DNA of 64,000 nt, from the NCBI GenBank assembly GCA_963760215.1, contig CAVXCJ010000002.1, forward strand, positions 3,665,920 through 3,729,919. The letters are read 5' to 3'. This DNA is from Terriglobia bacterium. GTDB taxonomy: Bacteria; Acidobacteriota; Terriglobia; Terriglobales; Acidobacteriaceae. Both the position numbers and the translations under genes were made by a program. Shown piece after piece: positions 35,388-42,802 of this stretch. A model generated the notes under the pieces. It saw only the letters and a list, made by a program, of their open reading frames with translations, had not been told where the DNA came from and did no database searches. Numbering within the stretch: the stretch's first letter is position 1; every line of letters begins with the position of its first letter.

Positions 35388-37520
35388 GTGATTAGTAGGC
35401 TCACAACGCGCGTAATTGCCTTACTGCTGGTCGCGACTATCCTTGTGCCGCCGCTTCCGGGGCAGCAGCAGGGCGGGGCGCTCTACCGCTTCCGCGTCGA
35501 GACCGACGTGGTGCTGGTCAACGTCGTCGTCCGCGACAAGAGCGGCGCCATCGTCGGCGGCCTGAAGAAGGAAGATTTCACGCTGTTCGAGGACGGCAAG
35601 CAGCAGCGCGTCGCCAGCTTCGATTTCGAGCAGACGGAAACCCAGGCCGTCCCGCAGCCGGCGCAAGCGGTGCTGGTGGCGCCGCGCACCACCCCGGCAG
35701 CGCCCGCGGTGAAGCCCACCGACAAGCTGGAATTCCGCGACCATCGGGTCATCGTGCTGTTCTTCGATCTCACCTCCATGCAGCCGGAGGAGATTGAGCG
35801 CGCGGTGCAGGCCGCGCAGAAGTTCGTGGACAAGCAGATGACGCCCTCCGACATGGTCGCCGTGATCTCGCTGGCGTCGTCGCTGCAAGTGAACCAGGAC
35901 CTTACATCGGACCACGATCTGTTGGTGAAAGCGCTGGCACGAATGAGTCCATCGAGCGGAGGAGGTTTCGACGCCGGGATAACCGGCGATACCGAGGGCA
36001 CCGCCGATACCGCGCAGCCCTTCACGCCTGACGACACCGAGTACAACATCTTCAACACCGACCGGCGGCTGGAAGCGCTGCAGTCGCTCGCCGACTCGCT
36101 CTCCCGCATCGAGCAGAAAAAATCGGTCATTTATTTCAGCAGCGGCATGGACAAGACCGGGATCGAGAACCAGTCGCAGTTGCGCAACGCCATCAACCGC
36201 GCGGTGCGCGGGAACGTCGCCATTTACCCGATGGACATGCGCGGCTTGCAGGCCATTATTCCCGGCGGCGAGGCGCAGCAGGCCAGCCTGCGCGGGACCT
36301 CGCCCTACTCGGGAGCGTCGGTGCGCAACGCCTTCGATTCCAATTTCTCCACCCAGGAGACGCTGGTCACCCTGGCCGCCGACACCGGCGGGCGCGCCTT
36401 CCTTGATTCCAACGATTTCGGCGCCGTCTTCAAGAAAGTCCAGGAAGACACCTCGGCCTACTACGTGCTCGGCTATCGCAGCTCGAATCCCGCGCGCGAC
36501 GGGCGTTTCCGCAAGATCACAGTCAAGACCTCGGTTCCGAACGTCAAGATCGAATTCCGCAAGGGCTACTACGCGCCGCGCGATTTCGCGCATTCCAACA
36601 AGGACGACCGCGAGCAGCAGTTGGTGGATGAATTGAGTTCAGAGCTGTCGTCCACCGACCTCGACGTCTTCCTGTCGGCCGCATACTTCCGCCTCAGCGA
36701 TTCGCGCTTCTACGTGCCGGTATCGCTGGTGGTGCCGGGGTCGGAAATTCCGTTCACGAACTCCGGCGACAAGGACAAGGCGACGCTCGACATCATCGGC
36801 GTGGTGCGCGACGAGTTGCAGCGCCCGGTCGGCAACGTGCGCGACACCGTCAAGCTCAATCTCGACGAATCGCAGCAGGTGCGCCGCAAGAACGTGCAGT
36901 ACCAGACCGGCTTCACCCTGCCGCCCGGAAAGTTTCACTTGAAATTCGTGCTGCGTGAAAATCAGAGCGGCCGGTTGGGTTCTTTCGAGACCGATGTCGT
37001 GATTCCCGATTTCAGGAAGAACAAGGCGCCGCTGAAGCTGAGTTCTGTGGTGATGGGCACGCAGATCCAGAACGCAGGCAAGCGCAAATCGGACAACGTC
37101 CTGGCCAAGGATGGCGAGGAGCTAATCCCCAACGTGTTGCACGTCTTCTCGCCGGCCCAGCACCTCTATTTCTATTACGAAGTTTATGAGCCGGTGAAGT
37201 GTGGCACAGCCGCCCCCGGATGTGCACAAGCGGGCTCGGTCAAGGGAACTCATATTCACCTGTTGACCAGCATCCAGTTCTTCCAGGGAAGGGTGAAGCA
37301 ATTCGAGACGCCGCTGGTGGAAGCGCACCAGCTCACCGCGCCCGAACGCAAGGCCGCTGTCTTCCAGTTTGACGTGCCGCTCAGCCAACTCAAGCCGGGG
37401 CTGTACACCTGCCAGGTGACCGTGATTGATGATGCAGCGGGGACGTTTGCGTTCCCGCGCTTGGCGCTGCTGGTCAAGAGCGATGCGCCGAAACCGGCGA
37501 CAGCGGCGGGGGGAGAATAG
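35388..37520 (+). CDS. VWA-domain protein of the acidobacterial 'VWFA-related' type
   Basis: 710 aa, GTG start, N-terminal TM/signal. 'FRVETDVVLVNVVVRDKSGAIVGGLKKEDFTLFEDGKQQ' matches the TIGR03436-type N-terminus. VWA-like 'VIVLFFDLTSM'. Confidence 0.75.
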   Translation: MISRLTTRVIALLLVATILVPPLPGQQQGGALYRFRVETDVVLVNVVVRDKSGAIVGGLKKEDFTLFEDGKQQRVASFDFEQTETQAVPQPAQAVLVAPRTTPAAPAVKPTDKLEFRDHRVIVLFFDLTSMQPEEIERAVQAAQKFVDKQMTPSDMVAVISLASSLQVNQDLTSDHDLLVKALARMSPSSGGGFDAGITGDTEGTADTAQPFTPDDTEYNIFNTDRRLEALQSLADSLSRIEQKKSVIYFSSGMDKTGIENQSQLRNAINRAVRGNVAIYPMDMRGLQAIIPGGEAQQASLRGTSPYSGASVRNAFDSNFSTQETLVTLAADTGGRAFLDSNDFGAVFKKVQEDTSAYYVLGYRSSNPARDGRFRKITVKTSVPNVKIEFRKGYYAPRDFAHSNKDDREQQLVDELSSELSSTDLDVFLSAAYFRLSDSRFYVPVSLVVPGSEIPFTNSGDKDKATLDIIGVVRDELQRPVGNVRDTVKLNLDESQQVRRKNVQYQTGFTLPPGKFHLKFVLRENQSGRLGSFETDVVIPDFRKNKAPLKLSSVVMGTQIQNAGKRKSDNVLAKDGEELIPNVLHVFSPAQHLYFYYEVYEPVKCGTAAPGCAQAGSVKGTHIHLLTSIQFFQGRVKQFETPLVEAHQLTAPERKAAVFQFDVPLSQLKPGLYTCQVTVIDDAAGTFAFPRLALLVKSDAPKPATAAGGE

Positions 37521-37542
37521 GCATTGGTGCCGCAAAACCCAA

Positions 37543-37609
37543 GATCCCTCGACTCGGGTTTCCCGCGCTGGAAAAAGCGCGCGGGAGCCCTCCCTCGCTC
37601 GGGATGACA
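37543..37609 (+). repeat. GC-rich repeat unit (GATCCCTCGACTCGG...CCTCGCTCGGGATGACA) with inner hairpin
   Basis: The inner CCCGCGC-TGGAAAAA-GCGCGGG hairpin is flanked by family termini. + orientation. Confidence 0.8.
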
Positions 37610-37636
37610 TCACACTGGATCAGTGATTGACTTGCG

Positions 37637-38815
37637 CTAGGTGTGATAGTCCGCGTTGATGTGCACGTACTCACTGGTCAGATCGCACGTCCAAAACGTC
37701 GCGCCCACCTTACCGCGGCCCAGTTGCACGCGTACGTCGAACACCGGCTGGCTGAGATAGGAGTGCACTTTCTTTCGTCAAACCGCGCCGCGACGCCGCG
37801 ACGGCAGACCTGGTGCTTGCCGAAGAAAATATCCACCTTCGCGGGATCAAGCGCCACGCCGGAGTAGCCAACCGCCGCCAGCACGCGGCCCCAATTGGGA
37901 TCGGCGCCCGCCCACGCCGTCTTTACCAGCATGGAATTGCCGATCGCCTTCGCCACCTGCGACGCCTCGACATCGGAGCGCGCGGCCTCGATGCGCAAAT
38001 TCACCACGTGCTTCACGCCCTCGCCGTCGCTCACAATCTGCTTCGCCAGTGACTCGCACACCGCCTGCAGCGCCGCGCCAAAGTCTTTTTTCTTCACCTT
38101 GCCCGCTTCTCCACTCGCCAGCAGCAGCACGGTGTCGTTGGTGGAAGTGTCGGTAGTCCACGTTCATGCGGTTGAAGGTGACATGCACGGTGTCGCGCAG
38201 CAATGCGCCCAGTTCGCGCGGGCTCGCCTCGGCGTCGGTGAACAGGTACACCAGCATGGTCGCCAGCCGGGGATGAATCATCCCGGCGCCCTTGCATGTC
38301 CCGAACAGCGTGGCGTTGCCGAAGCGCGCCGAAGCAGTCTTCATGCGCGTGTCGGTGGTCATGATGGCGCGCGCGAAATTTTCTGCCCCGGCGACGGCGG
38401 TTGAACGAGCAGCGAACAATCGTGGTATGGCTTGGATCAGCTTGTCGGCAGGCAGCGGCACGCCGATGATGCCGGTGGAGGCGGGAAATACTTCGTGCTT
38501 TTCGCAGCCCGCAGCCTTCGCGACGCTGCCGCAGACCTGCTCGCACGCGCGCCGGCCCGCCTTGCCCGTGGCGCAGTTGGCGTTGCCGGAATTCACCACC
38601 ACCGCGTGCACGCGTCCCCGGGTTCGGCGCAGATGCTCGCGCCCGCACGCCAGCGGAGCGGCAATCACGCGATTGGTGGTGAACATCGCCGCCGCATTGG
38701 CGCCGCGCGGAGCGAGCGCCAGCGCCATGTCGGGGGAGCCCGAGACCTTGATGCCGGCGGTGGCGGAGGAGAATTCAAATCCCCGCGGTACCAGGATCTC
38801 GGAGGTGAGCTTCAT
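37637..38815 (-). pseudogene. argJ: Bifunctional ornithine acetyltransferase / N-acetylglutamate synthase, interrupted by two compensating frameshifts
   Basis: ArgJ homology is present in three consecutive segments: MKLTSEI...ATMLVYLFTDA...NRMNVD (frame a), TDTSTNDTVLLLASGEAG...DPNWGRVLAAVGYSG...RFDE (frame b), KKVHSYLSQPVFDVRVQLGRGKVGATFWTCDLTSEYVHINADYHT* (frame a again). Shifts are at about 38155 and about 37769-37780. Total span 1179 nt = 3n. Confidence 0.85.
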
Positions 38816-39396
38816 GATTCAGCGCGGCCGATACGGACCAGGGTGGCGATGGCCGGCTGCCGCTCGGGCCGGAGCACGGCGTCAATCTCACGTGTGCATT
38901 CGGGAATTTCGGCGAGCGCCGCTGCGCCCGCATAAACCATCGCCTTCTCGTCGCAGCGGGTGAACATCGGACAGTTGCGGCAGTCCTTGAAGATCTTGTC
39001 CGGCAGCACGGCGTGCGGCACTTCGACAAACCCCAGCCGCCCGAAATACTCCGGCGAGCGCGTGAACAGGCACACTTGCGCGACCTGGTGCTGGCGCGAC
39101 TCCTTCAGCAGCGCTTCCACCAGCTTGCTCCCGGCGCCCCGGCCTTGCGCCTCGCGCGCCACCGCGATGGATCGCACTTCCGCCAGGTGCTGGCCATAGA
39201 GGTGCAGCGCGCCGCAGCCGATCACGCTCCCGTTCTGCTCGACCACCGTGAAGTCGCGCACGTTTTCGCAGATCTCGCCGATGGTGCGTGGCAGCAGGAC
39301 GTTCTGATTGGCGTAGTGCGCGATGAGCGCGTGAATCGCCGGTGCGTCCGGCAGGAGCGCCTTGCGTGTGCGAATTTTTCCTTTGCCGAATCCCAT
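38812..39396 (-). CDS. GNAT acetyltransferase, short N-acetylglutamate-synthase-like (COG1246 type)
   Basis: 194 aa. Acetyl-CoA motif 'QGRGAGSKLVEAL', C-terminal Cys motif 'KDCRNCPMFTRCDE'. Embedded in the arg operon with overlapping start and stop codons. Confidence 0.7.
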   Translation of the reverse strand: MGFGKGKIRTRKALLPDAPAIHALIAHYANQNVLLPRTIGEICENVRDFTVVEQNGSVIGCGALHLYGQHLAEVRSIAVAREAQGRGAGSKLVEALLKESRQHQVAQVCLFTRSPEYFGRLGFVEVPHAVLPDKIFKDCRNCPMFTRCDEKAMVYAGAAALAEIPECTREIDAVLRPERQPAIATLVRIGRAES

Positions 39397-40673
39397 TAGC
39401 GTTTCTTACCTGTCGTCACACCCACCCTAGCCAAACCCGGGCTAGGGTGGGGCACCCGCGATCCGTTTTTCGATTCGACTTCGGTGAGCGCCTGGTCGAG
39501 CAGCTTCACGCCCTCGTCCACCTGTTTTTCCGTAATGATGAAAGGCGGGAGGAAGCGCAGCACCGTGTCGTGCGTGCAATTGATCACCAGCCCGTGCGCC
39601 AGGCACGCGTCCACCACGTCTTTGCCCGGGACTGCAAGTTGCAGCGCCAGCATCAGTCCGATGCCGCGCGCCTCCACCACCGAGGGATGCTTCCGCTTCA
39701 CTGTCTCCAGCTTCTCGCGAAAATACTTTCCCACTCGCCGCACGTTGGCGATCACGTTTTCGCGCTGCAAAGTATCGAGGAAGGTGATGGCCACGGCGCA
39801 GGCCAGCGGCCCGCCGCCGAAGGTTGTGCCGTGCAGGCCGGGCTTGATGGCGGCGGCGACGTGTTCGCGGGTCACGATGGCGCCCAGCGGCAGGCCCGAC
39901 GCCAGCGGCTTTGCCAGAGCCAGAATGTCGGGCGTGACGCCGTATTTCTGGAATGCGAAGTATTCTCCGGTGCGCCCCAGTCCGCATTGGATCTCATCGG
40001 CGATCAGCAGCGCGCCGTGACGCTCGGCCAGCTTGCGCGCCACCGAAAAGAATTCCGGCGTCACCGGGTTGATGCCGCCCTCGCCCTGGATGGGCTCGAG
40101 GAGGACCGCGCACACGCTGCCGTCGAACTTCTTTTCCAGGTCGGCGGCGTTGTTGAATTTGACGAAGCGTACGCCGGGCAGCAAGGGCTCGAACGGCTCG
40201 CGATATTTTTTTGTCGCGGTTGCCGCCAGCGCGCCCGCGGTGCGGCCATGGAATGAATTTTCCATTGCGAGAATCCGCCACGGGGCCTTGCTTCCGTTCT
40301 TGTTATGGAGCCGCGCGTAGGCGCGCGCCAGCTTCAGCGCTCCCTCGATGGCCTCGCTGCCGCTGTTGCAGAAGAACGCGCGGTCGAGGCCGGAGAGCCT
40401 GGTCAGGCGCTCCGCCAAAGCGGCCTGGTAGTCGTGGTAAAAGAGGTTGGAGATGTGCACCAGCCGCGGCGCCTGCTTGCGGATGGCCGCCAGCACCGCC
40501 GGGTGGTTATAGCCGAGCGCGCACACCCCGATACCGCTGAGCCAATCCAGGTACCGCCGGCCGCGGTCGTCCCAGAGATAGCAGCCCTGGCCGCGGCGAA
40601 ACAGCACTCGCTTACGATCGTAGGTGGGCAGCAGAAGTCTGGCTTCCGCCCGCGCCACCGCCTCGAGATTCAC
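39396..40673 (-). CDS. argD: Acetylornithine aminotransferase
   Basis: 425 aa from a GTG that overlaps the argB stop (GTGA). 'NSFHGRT' and 'DEIQCGLGRTG'. The last ~22 codons (...SRVPHPSPGLARVGVTTGKKR*) are encoded by a hairpin repeat. Confidence 0.9.
   Translation of the reverse strand: MNLEAVARAEARLLLPTYDRKRVLFRRGQGCYLWDDRGRRYLDWLSGIGVCALGYNHPAVLAAIRKQAPRLVHISNLFYHDYQAALAERLTRLSGLDRAFFCNSGSEAIEGALKLARAYARLHNKNGSKAPWRILAMENSFHGRTAGALAATATKKYREPFEPLLPGVRFVKFNNAADLEKKFDGSVCAVLLEPIQGEGGINPVTPEFFSVARKLAERHGALLIADEIQCGLGRTGEYFAFQKYGVTPDILALAKPLASGLPLGAIVTREHVAAAIKPGLHGTTFGGGPLACAVAITFLDTLQRENVIANVRRVGKYFREKLETVKRKHPSVVEARGIGLMLALQLAVPGKDVVDACLAHGLVINCTHDTVLRFLPPFIITEKQVDEGVKLLDQALTEVESKNGSRVPHPSPGLARVGVTTGKKR
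39421..39451 (+). repeat. Hairpin repeat (CCCACCCTAGCC-AAACCCG-GGCTAGGGTGGG) inside the argD 3' end
   Basis: 12-bp perfect stem followed by GCACCC. Same GGGTGGGGCA-type 3' end as the hairpins at 15527, 15774, 20236 and 44640. Confidence 0.85.
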
Positions 40674-41452
40674 GCGATCAACTCCGTTCCCACCTGGATT
40701 CCACCCCTCGCAAACTGGTTGAGCGCTTCCATCTGCGCGCCCGGCAGGATGTGCACCGAACCGACGCCGCCGGCCAGCGCGCGCTCGCACGCTTCCAGCT
40801 TCGGCAGCATGCCGCCGGTGATGACCCCCGCCTCCCGCAGTACCGCGATATTGTTCGCCGGCAGAACGCGTATGACGCAACGGTAGGCGTCCAGGACGCC
40901 GTTCACGTCGGTCAAAAACGCCAACCGCGCTGCCTGGCACGCCACCGCGCACGCCGCCGCCATCTGGTCGGCGTTGATGTTGTAATACTCGCCGTCGGCG
41001 CCCAGCGCCAGGCTCGCGATCACCGGCACCGCGCCGGCGTTCCAGATGGCGTTCAGCCAATGGGGATCCACCGACGAAATTTCGCCTACGAATCCCAGGT
41101 CCGTGCCGCCGTTGGCGCGCTTGCGAGCGCGGAAGCTGAGGCCGTCGCCACCGCACATGCCGATCGCCGGCTGTCCCAGTTTGCCCAGCGCACCCACAAG
41201 TTTCTTGTTGATCCCGCCGGCGAGCACCATCAACGCGGCATCGCGCGTTTCCGCGTCGGTGACTCGCAAGCCGTGAACGAACTCGCTTTTCTTGCCCAGG
41301 CGTTCCAGAAGCCGGGTCAGGGCTTTGCCTCCGCCATGCACCACCGCCACCTGGTCGCCGGTCTCGACCAGGCCGGCAACGCAGCGCGCGCAACGCTCCA
41401 CCAGGGCGGCATCATCCAGCAGGGCGCCGCCGATTTTGATGACCAGCCTCAA
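40670..41452 (-). CDS. argB: Acetylglutamate kinase
   Basis: 260 aa from a TTG that overlaps the argC stop (TTGA). 'LVIKIGG' and 'VAVVHGGG'. The 333-aa ORF in the track extends upstream out of frame with argC. Confidence 0.88.
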   Translation of the reverse strand: MRLVIKIGGALLDDAALVERCARCVAGLVETGDQVAVVHGGGKALTRLLERLGKKSEFVHGLRVTDAETRDAALMVLAGGINKKLVGALGKLGQPAIGMCGGDGLSFRARKRANGGTDLGFVGEISSVDPHWLNAIWNAGAVPVIASLALGADGEYYNINADQMAAACAVACQAARLAFLTDVNGVLDAYRCVIRVLPANNIAVLREAGVITGGMLPKLEACERALAGGVGSVHILPGAQMEALNQFARGGIQVGTELIA

Positions 41453-42585
41453 TGGACCGTCCCCGCAATGTAGCTCGCCTGCGTTGCCGCCGCTACGTAG
41501 GCGGCGCGCGGGAAGCGGCTGCGCGTGGCCGGCACCGGGATCAGTCCCTCGCGCTCGTCCCAGCCGTACATCAGGTTCATGCTCTGCACCGCCTGCCCGG
41601 CCGCGCCCTTGATCAGGTTGTCGAGGCATGAAACCAGCATCACGCGTTTGCCGTCGGGCGCCAGCACCCAACCGATGTCGCAGAAATTCGAGTGCTGCGA
41701 GTGCTGCACCTCGGGCAGGCGCGGCGGCGCAAAAATCCTGACGAAGGGGCTGCTCGCGTAAAAATCGCGAATCAGCTCTTCCAACTCCTGCGCCGTGACC
41801 ACCCGCTTCAAGCGGGCGTAAATGCTCGACAGAATCCCGCGGCGGATGGGCAGCAGGTGCGTGCTGAACGTCAGTTGCTCGGGCGCGAGTTGCAACTGCT
41901 CCAGGATCTCGCCGGCGTGCCGGTGAGTGAATGCCGAGTAGGCGCGAAAATTTTCAGCGGTCTCGACGAAGTGCGTTTCCGCCGTCGGCGACTTGCCCGC
42001 GCCGGAGACGCCGGATTTCGAATCGCACACCACGCCGTGCTCCACGTCGAGCAGCCCGGCTTCGATCAGCGGGGCCAGCGCCAGGATGGCCGACGTCGGA
42101 TAGCAGCCGGGATTGGCGACCAGTTGCGCGTCGGGCAGCTGGGCGCGGCAGAGTTCCGGCAGCCCGTACAGCGCCTTGTCCATTACCGCTTCGGACGCGG
42201 GCGAGCCGATGTCCTTGAAGCCGTACACGGCGGCGTACTGGGGCGTGCGCAGCCGCCACGCACCGCTCAGGTCAATCACGCGCAGCCCGCGTTCCAATGC
42301 CTCCGGCACCCAGGCGCGCGAGACCTCGTGCGGCGTGGCCAGGAACAGCAGGTCAACTCCGCGCTGGTGCAGCAGCCGCCAGGAGAAAGGATGGATCGGC
42401 ACCGCGGTGCCGTCCACCGGCGAGATGATCTCGGCGTTCGCGCTGCCGTTGTCGCCCTCCCGCGAGAGCAGCAGGGGCGGCCTCATGCGCGGGTGCTGAA
42501 ACAGGATGCGGGTGAGTTCCTGCCCGGAATACCCGGTGGCGCCGACGATGGCGGATTGCAGTTCTGCACTCATAAGCGGGCCCAT
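41449..42585 (-). CDS. argC: N-acetyl-gamma-glutamyl-phosphate reductase
   Basis: 378 aa. 'VGATGYSGQEL' and catalytic 'NPGCYPTS'. An alternative ATG lies at 42573. Confidence 0.9.
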   Translation of the reverse strand: MGPLMSAELQSAIVGATGYSGQELTRILFQHPRMRPPLLLSREGDNGSANAEIISPVDGTAVPIHPFSWRLLHQRGVDLLFLATPHEVSRAWVPEALERGLRVIDLSGAWRLRTPQYAAVYGFKDIGSPASEAVMDKALYGLPELCRAQLPDAQLVANPGCYPTSAILALAPLIEAGLLDVEHGVVCDSKSGVSGAGKSPTAETHFVETAENFRAYSAFTHRHAGEILEQLQLAPEQLTFSTHLLPIRRGILSSIYARLKRVVTAQELEELIRDFYASSPFVRIFAPPRLPEVQHSQHSNFCDIGWVLAPDGKRVMLVSCLDNLIKGAAGQAVQSMNLMYGWDEREGLIPVPATRSRFPRAAYVAAATQASYIAGTVH

Positions 42586-42592
42586 AACCTTC

Positions 42593-42628
42593 CGGAATAA
42601 TTATGCATGCAATGAATATTTATGCACT
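42593..42628 (-). promoter_or_regulatory. Candidate ArgR operator: two tandem ARG-box-like imperfect palindromes
   Basis: AT-rich island in a GC-rich genome, immediately upstream of argC. On + it reads cgGAATaattATGCAtgc (42593-42610) and aaTGAATatttATGCAct (42611-42628), compared with the ARG box TGAAT-wwww-ATTCA. Centre-to-centre spacing is 19 bp, shorter than the 21 bp of E. coli. Confidence 0.4.
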
Positions 42629-42661
42629 CATTGCGGGCGGTGTCAACCGAAAAAACAGGAA

Positions 42662-42703
42662 CAAGGCGCAAGGCTCAAGGCACAAGGCCTCGGGCTTCGG
42701 GCT
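42662..42703 (+). repeat. Tandem heptamer arrays (4 x CAAGGCN, then 2 x TCGGGCT)
   Basis: CAAGGCGCAAGGCTCAAGGCACAAGGCC TCGGGCTTCGGGCT. Confidence 0.85.
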
Positions 42704-42720
42704 TAAGCATTCAACGAATA

Positions 42721-42765
42721 GGGGGGTCCCTTCGACTCGGGCGTGCGCCCTCGCTCAGGATGACA
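42721..42765 (+). repeat. GC-rich repeat unit, short variant (GGGGGGTCCCTTCGACTCGG...CTCGCTCAGGATGACA)
   Basis: Termini identical to the family. + orientation. Confidence 0.85.
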
Positions 42766-42802
42766 GCCGTTGAAATCGAAATAATTGAGCGATGGCGCGC
42801 CG

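Noticed and set aside
39396-41393. 665-aa ORF suggesting a giant ArgD fusion
   Set aside because: Only the C-terminal 425 codons match acetylornithine aminotransferase. The N-terminal ~240 codons are an out-of-frame read through argB. A GTG start overlapping the argB stop gives a normal-length ArgD.
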